This document shows positions 20,749 to 29,376 of a DNA stretch of 64,000 nucleotides, piece after piece. Under the pieces are notes generated by a model. The model was not told where the DNA came from and searched no databases. It saw only the letters and a program-made list of their open reading frames with translations. Made by a program: the position numbers and the translations under genes. How positions within the stretch are numbered: the first letter of the stretch is position 1; each line of letters starts with the position of its first letter. Origin of the DNA: Dehalococcoidia bacterium UBA6926 (GTDB lineage Bacteria > Chloroflexota > Dehalococcoidia > UBA6926); contig DKAM01000008.1 of the NCBI GenBank assembly GCA_002450835.1, positions 10,573 to 74,572 of the forward strand. Reading direction: 5' to 3'.

Positions 20749-21396
20749 TTATTCGTCTTGAATTTGATCTAACAGGTTTTTTGATACTAAATCTAAGAAT
20801 AATTGATGAAACCGGAAATCTCTTGTTAACTCTGGATGGAATGTGGTTGCAAGAACGTTTTTCTGTTGCACGGCTACGGGGTCTTGATTGTCTAAGACAG
20901 AAAGTATCTCAACTCCTTTACCAACGCTGATAATTTTGGGAGCTCGGATAAATATTCCCTCGAAAGCACTTTTTGAGGTCAATTTATTTATTGTTAGACT
21001 TGTTTGAAAACTATCTAATTGTCGTCCGTAACCATTACGTTGAATTGAGATGTCTATGAAATTGAGAGGTTTCCATGGTTCTAGTCCTACTGCGCTTTTT
21101 GCAATTACAATGCTACCCGCACAGGTTCCCCAAATAGGGTTGTTTTCTTTGTAATAATCCTCTAGCGAGGTAGTAAAATCGTAATTCTCAATCAATTTTG
21201 ATATTGTAGTGCTTTCTCCACCAGGAATAATTAGTCCGTCTATATCGTTTAAATGCTCTGGTAGCCGAACCTCAATCACGGAAGAGCAACCCATAGAGCA
21301 TAAAATGCTTGAGTGCTCCTGGAAGTCCCCCTGGAGGGCAAGAATTCCTATTTTTGCCTTGAGTGCGGGTTCATTGGTAGACAAAATATTTACCAA
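20749..21396 (-). CDS. pdxT: pyridoxal 5'-phosphate synthase glutaminase subunit
   Basis: 215 aa with [18 protein letters not shown] (nucleophile Cys) and TFHPELT motifs. It overlaps the pdxS stop. Confidence 0.92.
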   Translation of the reverse strand: MVNILSTNEPALKAKIGILALQGDFQEHSSILCSMGCSSVIEVRLPEHLNDIDGLIIPGGESTTISKLIENYDFTTSLEDYYKENNPIWGTCAGSIVIAKSAVGLEPWKPLNFIDISIQRNGYGRQLDSFQTSLTINKLTSKSAFEGIFIRAPKIISVGKGVEILSVLDNQDPVAVQQKNVLATTFHPELTRDFRFHQLFLDLVSKNLLDQIQDE

Positions 21397-22280
21397 CCTC
21401 TGGTGGCTAGTAAATCCTCGGACTTCAAGGTTTTAATATCGATTCCTGACATAGCTTCTCCAAGACCTTTGGAAACTTCTGCAATGATTGCGGGATCATT
21501 ATAGTGAGTTACTGATTTTACAATTGCTTCTGCTCGTGGCGCCGGATCATCGGATTTGAAAATCCCAGACCCCACAAAAACGCCTTCGGCACCTAAATGC
21601 ATCATAAGGGCTGCGTCTGCTGGTGTTCCTACACCGCCTGCGGCAAAATTTACAACTGGAAGGCTGCCTGTAGTATGGATATCTTTTATTAAATCAAGCG
21701 GTGCTGAGATTGATTTGGCGTAAGAAGGTAACTCATCTTCTGGTAATCCGGTGACTATTCTTATCTCTGATTGGATAGAACGCATATGACGCACTGCCTC
21801 GACAATGTTCCCGGTACCTGCTTCGCCCTTGGTTCGAATCATTGCGGCTCCCTCCGAGATTCTTCTTAATGCTTCTCCCAGATCCCTAGCTCCACACACA
21901 AAGGGAATTTTGTAATCATGTTTCCACACGTGGTTATTTTCATCAGCTGGCGTTAAAACTTCTGATTCATCTATATAATCGGTTCCAAGTGCTTCTAATA
22001 CTTGAGCTTCTACAATGTGACCAATTCGAATTTTTGCCATGACGGGGATACTGACTGATTCCATTATTTGCTCTATTAAACCAGGATCCGACATTCTTGC
22101 TACGCCTCCGTCCGCTCTAATGTCTGCCGGGACCCTTTCTAGGGCCATGACTGCACATGCTCCCGCATCTTCAGCGATTTTTGCTTGGTCTGGTGTCACA
22201 ACGTCCATTATCACACCACCTTTTAACATTCGTGCTAATCCTGTTTTCAAAAGCCATGGATCCTGATCCATAATAATCAA
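21390..22280 (-). CDS. pdxS: pyridoxal 5'-phosphate synthase lyase subunit
   Basis: 296 aa with [31 protein letters not shown] and NFAAGGV motifs. Confidence 0.95.
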   Translation of the reverse strand: MIIMDQDPWLLKTGLARMLKGGVIMDVVTPDQAKIAEDAGACAVMALERVPADIRADGGVARMSDPGLIEQIMESVSIPVMAKIRIGHIVEAQVLEALGTDYIDESEVLTPADENNHVWKHDYKIPFVCGARDLGEALRRISEGAAMIRTKGEAGTGNIVEAVRHMRSIQSEIRIVTGLPEDELPSYAKSISAPLDLIKDIHTTGSLPVVNFAAGGVGTPADAALMMHLGAEGVFVGSGIFKSDDPAPRAEAIVKSVTHYNDPAIIAEVSKGLGEAMSGIDIKTLKSEDLLATRGW

Positions 22281-22434
22281 TCCTCACTTCCCAGCAATTA
22301 ATTAAGGTTCGGTACAGTATAATTGCCATCGTGTTTTAGTTCGTTACCAATCATTCTACTAGCCAAGAGATTCTCGCGGCAAATCTAAACTGTTTACTTA
22401 TTGAAATTCTCCTGTTATAAATATCCTTTAATGT

Positions 22435-22522
22435 CTACGGGAGCTGGGTTTCCTGGCTGAGAGGCCTTAATTCGATTAAGGCGACCGTTAGAACCTGTTC
22501 GGGTAATTCCGACGGAGGGAAA
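22435..22522 (+). promoter_or_regulatory. TPP (THI-box) riboswitch
   Basis: CUACGGGAGCUGGG..GGCUGAGA, then a variable hairpin GCCUUAAUUCGAUUAAGGC, then GACCGUUAGAACCUGUUCGGGUAAUUCCGACGGAGGGA. This matches the conserved CUGAGA and ACCUGAUCUGGAUAAUGCCAGCG.AGGGA cores. It ends 7 nt before the GTG start of the thiamine-binding protein gene. Confidence 0.9.
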
Positions 22523-22528
22523 ATTGTC

Positions 22529-23626
22529 GTGAAACCAGATGTACTGCCAAGGGAATCATTTTTCAGACGATCATTAGCTATTTGCTTAATAGCATGCACA
22601 TTTTTTTTATTTGTTATGGTTATTGGCTGCTCTTTTGATAGTGAAGATTCCACTCAGACGCTAGTGATATTAACCCATGACAGCTTTGATATTGGACAAG
22701 AGGTAATTGAAGAATTTCAAAAAAATCATGGCGCCAAAGTCATTATTCAAAAGGGTGGAGATGCCGGAGAAATTTTAACTAAGGCGATTATAACTAAAGA
22801 TGCTCCTGTTGCGGATCTACTTTACGGGGTCGATAACACTTTTTTGACCAGAGCTTTGGCTGAAGATATTTTTGTACCTTATCGACCTCCGTTAATTGAC
22901 CAGGTGCCTGTGAAATTCCATCTTGATCCAGACTTCAGGGTTACTCCAATTGATTATGGATATGTCGCAATCAACTATGATTTAGCATGGATGAATTCCT
23001 ATAATGTAACCCCTCCGACAGATTTATCTGATTTAGCCTCCCCAAAATGGGCTAGTAGGCTTGTAGTTCAAAACCCGGCAACTTCTTCCACTGGCCTGGC
23101 ATTTTTACTAGCTACAATAAATAAATTCGGAGAACAAGGCGATTATACTTGGAAAGATTACTGGGCTGATCTTAAGTCTAATGATGTTAAGGTTAGTGAT
23201 GGCTGGAGCGATTCTTATTACACTGCATTCAGTTTATGGGGTGGGGACCGGCCAATGGTAGTTAGTTATGCTACGAGTCCTGCAGCAGAGATGTACTATT
23301 CAGAAGAAATTATGGATTCGCCTCCTTCAGGTGTTTTAATGGATAACGAAGCTTTGTTTCTTCAGGTTGAAACAATTGGAATTTTGAATGGGTCTGACAA
23401 TCAAGAACTTGCTAAAAGATTCATTGACTATGCCTTGAATAAGAGATTCCAAGAGGATTTTCCAACTAGGATGTGGGTTTATCCCGTGAACAAGAAAGCT
23501 CTTCTCCCGAACATCTTCGAGTTTGCCCCGGAGCCCGAACCGAAGCCGACTGTCTATTTGAATCCTTCATCTGAAGACCTTGATCAATGGATTTCAGATT
23601 GGGCTGATATTGTTGTACGGCGGTAG
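22529..23626 (+). CDS. thiB: thiamine ABC transporter substrate-binding lipoprotein
   Basis: 365 aa with a signal peptide and lipobox (VMVIGC). It has an SBP fold similar to TbpA and sits directly behind a TPP riboswitch. Confidence 0.8.
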   Translation: MKPDVLPRESFFRRSLAICLIACTFFLFVMVIGCSFDSEDSTQTLVILTHDSFDIGQEVIEEFQKNHGAKVIIQKGGDAGEILTKAIITKDAPVADLLYGVDNTFLTRALAEDIFVPYRPPLIDQVPVKFHLDPDFRVTPIDYGYVAINYDLAWMNSYNVTPPTDLSDLASPKWASRLVVQNPATSSTGLAFLLATINKFGEQGDYTWKDYWADLKSNDVKVSDGWSDSYYTAFSLWGGDRPMVVSYATSPAAEMYYSEEIMDSPPSGVLMDNEALFLQVETIGILNGSDNQELAKRFIDYALNKRFQEDFPTRMWVYPVNKKALLPNIFEFAPEPEPKPTVYLNPSSEDLDQWISDWADIVVRR

Positions 23627-23633
23627 CCTATAG

Positions 23634-25289
23634 ATGATCATGAATCTTTCTATTCTTGTTAAAATTTCGCCGCTGATATTTTTGATAGTGTTTTTGTATT
23701 TCCCAATAGCTAATTTGTTGTTTTCTCTAGATGAACTAAGTAATCGATCATATATTGAATCTCTATTGGCTATAGGTCGAACTCCATATTATTTAGATGT
23801 TATAGGATTTACTTTCTTACAAGCCTTGATATCTACTTTTCTTGTAATGGTTGTCGCCATGCCTTGCTGCTATGTTTTGGCAAAGTATAAGTTTCCTGGT
23901 AAAAGTATAGCGCTCGCATTATTAACGGTGCCATTTATAATGCCGCCTATAGTTTTGGTAATAGCTCTTTTGGTGTTTGTTGGACCTAATAATCCACTTA
24001 TGAATATGTTAGTGGAGAGGCTAAACTTTTTTAATTTCGGAACAGGAGGAAACTTTTTTCTGATTTTGATAGCTCACGTAATATTTGAGTTCAGCATCGT
24101 TGTGAGACTCATATCTAATTTTTGGTCGAATTTGAATAAGAATATCTACGAAGTAGCTGCGGTATTAGGAGCATCACCTAGAAAAATATTTATTACCATC
24201 ACATTCCCCATCTTAAAGCCTGCTATTATCGCAGCAGGTTCACTTATTTTTATGTTCACTTTTACTAGTTTTGGAGTGATTTTAATTCTTGGTGGTGGCT
24301 TTTTCTCTACGATGGAAACTGAAATATATTACTCGATCTTTAAGTATTTTGATTTAACTATCGCTGTAGCTCTATCTTTTATCCAAATTATATTCACGAT
24401 AATTGTCCTACTTATTTATAGTGTATTTCAAAGTCGCGCTAATAGAACTCTCAGATTGACCCAAGGTGAAAAGCGTTATATTCCCATACGCTCTAAGAAT
24501 GATTTGATACAGGTATCTTTATTTCTTTTGACAACGGTGATTGTGTTGTCTCCTTACTTATTTTTGCTCGTAAGATCGTTGTTTTTTGATGGATCTTTTT
24601 CTGTCGACCCCTACACCAGTCTCTTTATTAATATTGATGATTCGTATTTTTTTCTTTCCCCCTTAAAAGTGGTAGCTAACTCATTATTCTTTGGTTTTCT
24701 AACGGTGATAGTTGCAGTGCCACTTGGCATATGCGTCAGCTATTATTTGGGGAAGCAAAAATCGAAATTCGGAAACATATTGGATTCTTTTTATATGTCT
24801 ACGCTAGGAATATCCTCCGTAGTGTTGGGACTTGCGCTTCTTATGGGGTTACACAATTCTGTAATTGATTTACGAACAACTTGGGTACCCCTTGTAGTAG
24901 CGCATATTCTTATTTCTTACCCGTTTGTGGTAAGAATAATTTTACCGACATTGAATTCTATTGGACCAAACTTAATTGGATCTGCTATTAACTTAGGGTC
25001 ATCTCCCTGGAAAGTATTTACCCGACTGGAGTTGCCGATACTCTCGAAATCTATTCTAGTTAGTGCTGTTTTCTCATTTGCAATATCAATGGGTGAGTTT
25101 GGCGCAAGTTTACTCATAACAAGACCTGAGCACGCTACAATCCCTGTTCACATTTATAGGTATTTATCGCAACCTGGCCAAGCTAACTTTGAGCATGCTA
25201 TTGCTATGTCTTGTATCCTCATGTTGATGGCTACGCTAGGTTTCATTCTAATCGAAAAACTTCGCTATAGAGGGTGGGGTGATTTTTAG
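23634..25289 (+). CDS. thiP: thiamine ABC transporter permease (duplicated MalFG-type domain)
   Basis: 551 aa with about 12 TM helices and two permease EAA-like regions (EVAAVLGASPRKIF and SAINLGSSPWKVF). Confidence 0.8.
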   Translation: MIMNLSILVKISPLIFLIVFLYFPIANLLFSLDELSNRSYIESLLAIGRTPYYLDVIGFTFLQALISTFLVMVVAMPCCYVLAKYKFPGKSIALALLTVPFIMPPIVLVIALLVFVGPNNPLMNMLVERLNFFNFGTGGNFFLILIAHVIFEFSIVVRLISNFWSNLNKNIYEVAAVLGASPRKIFITITFPILKPAIIAAGSLIFMFTFTSFGVILILGGGFFSTMETEIYYSIFKYFDLTIAVALSFIQIIFTIIVLLIYSVFQSRANRTLRLTQGEKRYIPIRSKNDLIQVSLFLLTTVIVLSPYLFLLVRSLFFDGSFSVDPYTSLFINIDDSYFFLSPLKVVANSLFFGFLTVIVAVPLGICVSYYLGKQKSKFGNILDSFYMSTLGISSVVLGLALLMGLHNSVIDLRTTWVPLVVAHILISYPFVVRIILPTLNSIGPNLIGSAINLGSSPWKVFTRLELPILSKSILVSAVFSFAISMGEFGASLLITRPEHATIPVHIYRYLSQPGQANFEHAIAMSCILMLMATLGFILIEKLRYRGWGDF

Positions 25290-26362
25290 TGAGAAATTCA
25301 GTTCTTGAAATCAACAGAATATCGAAAAATTTTGATGGGAAAGTTAATATTCTAAGTGATGTAACCTTTTCTCTGTTTGAGAATGAAATTGTTGGGATTC
25401 TTGGCCCAAGTGGCTCAGGAAAAAGTACTCTTCTAAGATTGATAGCTGGTTTAGAATTACCGGATTCCGGGATCATTAACTTAAACGGAATAGATGTGTC
25501 AGGCATAGCTCCTCATAAAAGAGGTGTTGGGTTAATGTTCCAAGATCTTTCTCTTTTCCCTCATTTAAATGTATTTGATAATATAGCCTTTGGCCTTAAA
25601 ATGGATAATTGGCAGCAAGCAGATATAAAAAACAGAGTGGATGAACTGCTATCGTTTCTTCGAATCGATCATTTGCAAGCTAGATCTACAGACTCTTTAT
25701 CTGGAGGAGAAAGCCAAAGAGTCGCGTTGGCTAGAGCTCTCGCTCCTAATCCTCCTTTGCTGATGCTTGATGAACCACTGGGTTCCTTAGACCGAAAACT
25801 AAGGCATGAACTTTTAAGGGAAATGAAAGACCTAATCGCAACCATGGGATTATCGGTATTGTATGTTACCCATGATCAGGAAGAAGCATTTTCTATAGGT
25901 GAACGCATAATTCTATTAAATAAAGGTTCAGTTGAACAAATTGATAGCCCTATACAAATGATTACGAGGCCCGGCTCGAGATTTGTGGCAGATTTTGTTG
26001 GTACCGTAAATATGATCCCTGTGGAACTACTAGATAGAAATAATAAGATCTTCGTTGATGGCTTTCTTGGTGTTTTAGAATTACCCAAAGAGAAACTTGT
26101 TGATTCTTATTCGGGCGATAAATTTACCCTTATAATTTCCCCATACTCCATAATTTTGGGCCAACAAACAACTGATTCTTTACTGGGCATGATTAAACAA
26201 ATCAATGTTGGTCCAGGTTATTTAGAGTATGAAATACTTTTAGATAGTCAGAATATACTAGTTGCGAGACAAAACATTGGCAATAACTCACGAGAGTTAA
26301 AAAAAGGAGATTCAGTACCTCTTCGATTTAATATGGACGAAGTTGAACTGTTACCTTGGTGA
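25289..26362 (+). CDS. thiQ: thiamine ABC transporter ATP-binding protein
   Basis: 357 aa with Walker A GPSGSGKST, signature LSGGESQRV, Walker B LLMLDEP and a C-terminal TOBE-like extension. Confidence 0.85.
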   Translation: MRNSVLEINRISKNFDGKVNILSDVTFSLFENEIVGILGPSGSGKSTLLRLIAGLELPDSGIINLNGIDVSGIAPHKRGVGLMFQDLSLFPHLNVFDNIAFGLKMDNWQQADIKNRVDELLSFLRIDHLQARSTDSLSGGESQRVALARALAPNPPLLMLDEPLGSLDRKLRHELLREMKDLIATMGLSVLYVTHDQEEAFSIGERIILLNKGSVEQIDSPIQMITRPGSRFVADFVGTVNMIPVELLDRNNKIFVDGFLGVLELPKEKLVDSYSGDKFTLIISPYSIILGQQTTDSLLGMIKQINVGPGYLEYEILLDSQNILVARQNIGNNSRELKKGDSVPLRFNMDEVELLPW

Positions 26363-26389
26363 TTGCCCAATAGAGCCTTAAATTTAGAA

Positions 26390-27046
26390 TTATTTTGTTT
26401 GACGATCTACCATAACTAGTAATAAACCTTTTGAGATTGATATTTCCACTTTTTTCCACAAGAAAGTATTACTCATCCCGCGTGTTGATCCCCGGGTAAG
26501 CGTAATACCTAATAAATCATATTTTAGTCCCCACGATGTTATGCCATGGGTTTCCGGTTCTATTGAAATCATAGAAAGGGTATCTTTAGATGTTCCCTTA
26601 ATTTCGATAGATTGCCTTGATCTAACAACATAAACCTCGTGTTGACCATCTGTCATTGATATTGTTGTATCTTTCAATACTTCTGAAGTTAGTAGAAATA
26701 AATTTCCAATGCCGTGATCAAACCTATCTTCTCCCAGAATGCCCCCAATAATCCATATTTCGTGAGCTTTTTGTTCCAAAGCTTTTAATAAAGCTAATTC
26801 GCCATCGGTTTTATCTTTTTCTTCTGGAAAAGTTTCAATGTTCCAATTAAGTTGTTTAACTAATTCCATAGATTCTGATGTGATTGAGTCAAAATCCCCA
26901 ACAACTAAATCAGGGACAATTTTGTGTTGGAGGCAATGTTCCACTCCTGCATCTGCGGCTACTATGTAATCAGATTTCTCTATAATGCTTCGAACCCGCG
27001 AATTCATCTCAAGGTTGCCACCGGTTACAATCAATGCAGAGGGCAT
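26390..27046 (-). CDS. thiN: thiamine pyrophosphokinase
   Basis: About 218 aa with VVGDFDS and a C-terminal thiamine-binding domain. The ATG at 27046 follows a GGGGAGGAA SD; the ORF track starts at 27067. Confidence 0.8.
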   Translation of the reverse strand: MPSALIVTGGNLEMNSRVRSIIEKSDYIVAADAGVEHCLQHKIVPDLVVGDFDSITSESMELVKQLNWNIETFPEEKDKTDGELALLKALEQKAHEIWIIGGILGEDRFDHGIGNLFLLTSEVLKDTTISMTDGQHEVYVVRSRQSIEIKGTSKDTLSMISIEPETHGITSWGLKYDLLGITLTRGSTRGMSNTFLWKKVEISISKGLLLVMVDRQTK

Positions 27047-27164
27047 TGGTTCCTCCCCTTCGAACATTTATACTGTAGTCCTTCATTCGTATTCGCTAAT
27101 TGATATTAATACTAAAACATGACGGTTAGTTGGTATATTAGAGCTTTTCGGGGGTAATTTGTAA

Positions 27165-28139
27165 ATGGCTAATGAACTAAGAATAGAAAAAGAATCAGCA
27201 TTATCTGTAATTGACAATATAGAAAGAGTGATTATTGGTAAGAGAGACGTCGCAGAGCTAGCTGTTATAGCTGTAATTGGCGGCGGTCATATTTTGATTG
27301 AAGATTTACCTGGTGTCGGTAAAACCATGCTTGCGCGCAGTTTAGCCGTATCGATAGGTTTGAGTTTTAATAGAGTGCAATTTGTTCCAGATTTGTTACC
27401 TAGCGATTTAATCGGAGTTAATTTATTTAACCAGCAGACAGCAGAATTTGAATTTCGCCCCGGGCCGATTATGTCGAATGTTGTCCTGGCAGATGAAATC
27501 AATAGAGGAACTCCCAAGACTCAATCTGCATTACTTGAAGCGATGGAAGAATCACAAATTACTATCGATGGTGTTTCACATATTCTTCCGCAACCTTTTT
27601 TCGTTATAGCTACACAAAACCCTTTGGAACATGAAGGAACTTTCCTTCTTCCTGAGGCCCAGCGTGACCGATTTTTCATGCGCATAAATTTAGGTTATCC
27701 TTCGGCAGAGACAGAGTTAGAAATCGTTGAGTTGACCAAACTGGAACATCCCATACAAAATCTTGAGTCTGTAATTTCATCTGACCAAATACTGACATTA
27801 CAACAATCTGTAAAAAATATATATGTAGATGAATTGGTGAAAAAATATGCCGTAGATATAGTTCAGGCTACTCGTAATCACCCATCTATTTTCCTTGGAG
27901 CTTCACCTAGAGGGTCGCTGAATTTAGTGAGGGGAGCGCAGGCGAAGGCACTGGTTGCTGGGAGAGATTATGTTTTGCCAGATGATGTAAAAAGTTTATT
28001 GGAGCCTATTATTTCACACAGGGTTGTTCTTACTTCCAACGCTAGGATGCAAGGAGCTTCGGTCAGTGAAATTATAGAAGACATCGTTTCCGGTATCCCC
28101 GTTCCAGGAGCAGCTCCGAGGAGCTGGTTGAAAGATTAG
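27165..28139 (+). CDS. MoxR-family AAA+ ATPase
   Basis: 324 aa with Walker A LPGVGKT, Walker B LADEINR and QNPLEHEGTFLLPEAQRDRF (AAA_3). Confidence 0.9.
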   Translation: MANELRIEKESALSVIDNIERVIIGKRDVAELAVIAVIGGGHILIEDLPGVGKTMLARSLAVSIGLSFNRVQFVPDLLPSDLIGVNLFNQQTAEFEFRPGPIMSNVVLADEINRGTPKTQSALLEAMEESQITIDGVSHILPQPFFVIATQNPLEHEGTFLLPEAQRDRFFMRINLGYPSAETELEIVELTKLEHPIQNLESVISSDQILTLQQSVKNIYVDELVKKYAVDIVQATRNHPSIFLGASPRGSLNLVRGAQAKALVAGRDYVLPDDVKSLLEPIISHRVVLTSNARMQGASVSEIIEDIVSGIPVPGAAPRSWLKD

Positions 28140-28149
28140 GAAAAGTTAA

Positions 28150-29376
28150 GTGTTGTTGAGACGTTTGGTATTTATTGTCCTATTATTGCTATCGCTTATG
28201 TTAGCTTTATCTTCTGGTTTTTTGCCAATGTCTGTCCTCGCGATAGTGATAGGAGTTTCATTCATTGTTTCTTATATTTGGAATAAGCTTTCTCTGAAAG
28301 GCTTGAGGGTACGAATTGAAAGAACGTCCAATATGGGCCATGTTGGTCAAGAAGTTGAGCGTTTGCTTTGGATTGAAAACCACTCTTTTTTACCCAGATT
28401 ATGGGTTCAAATTAAATCAACTGGTAATTTAACTGGAATTAAACCTTTGGTTGTTGGGGTAAGCGGTCGAGCCTCAAGGACCTGGCATCGGATGCCCGCT
28501 ATACTACAAAATAGAGGCCGTTATGACTGGGGTGATGTTATAGTTTCTTCAGGGGATCCACTAGGCCTTTTTACTTCTCATCGTCGTATTAACAGCAAAG
28601 CTTCAATAGTAGTTCACCCTCGTGTTGTTAATATTGATGATTTCGCTTTGTCTTCTATAGATCCTGGATCTGACTCTTCTGAGTTCTTGTCCTCATCAGA
28701 TGTGACTCCTAATGTTGTCTCTGTTAGGCGTTATAACTCAGGTGATAGCATGAATCATATTCATTGGGTCAGTAGCGCCAGAATGAACCAGCTTATGGTT
28801 AAAGAGTTTGAACTAGAAGTACAGAATGATTTATGGATAATTCTAGATCTCAATGCTAAAACTCATTTTGGAGCGGGATTCGATGGAACCGAAGAAACTG
28901 CGGTAACGGTTGCCGCGTCGATTTCCAATCATTTTATTAAAAATAATAATTCTGTGGGGTTGATCGGAAACGATTCACACGAACATGTTTTGCCACCAAG
29001 GTCTGGTGACCGACAACTGTCCTACATTTTTGAGTATCTGGCAGCTTGCAAGGCTGACGGAGATGAGCCGATCAATAATATGCTTCTAAAAGATACCTCT
29101 AGAGTAAATCGTCAGGCCGGTGTTGTAGTTATAACAACCTCTGAAACTGATGGGATTTTGGCTGCAACAAACTATTTATCATCTAGAAGCGCACCTGGAG
29201 CAGTAGTTTCGCTCGACTTAGAATCATTCAAGGCTGACCAAATTGATAATAAAGAATACAAAGAGGCAATAGACACTAACATACCTATTTATTCTGTTAC
29301 AAAGGGAGGAGATTTGTCTAAATCTCTCCGATTTGAGAACGCTCGCCCTTTTATCAGTGAGAGGGTTATCAATTGA
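28150..29376 (+). CDS. DUF58 domain protein (MoxR partner, vWA-like)
   Basis: 408 aa with N-terminal TM helices and the DUF58 core VRRYNSGDSMNHIHW. It immediately follows the MoxR gene. Confidence 0.8.
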   Translation: MLLRRLVFIVLLLLSLMLALSSGFLPMSVLAIVIGVSFIVSYIWNKLSLKGLRVRIERTSNMGHVGQEVERLLWIENHSFLPRLWVQIKSTGNLTGIKPLVVGVSGRASRTWHRMPAILQNRGRYDWGDVIVSSGDPLGLFTSHRRINSKASIVVHPRVVNIDDFALSSIDPGSDSSEFLSSSDVTPNVVSVRRYNSGDSMNHIHWVSSARMNQLMVKEFELEVQNDLWIILDLNAKTHFGAGFDGTEETAVTVAASISNHFIKNNNSVGLIGNDSHEHVLPPRSGDRQLSYIFEYLAACKADGDEPINNMLLKDTSRVNRQAGVVVITTSETDGILAATNYLSSRSAPGAVVSLDLESFKADQIDNKEYKEAIDTNIPIYSVTKGGDLSKSLRFENARPFISERVIN

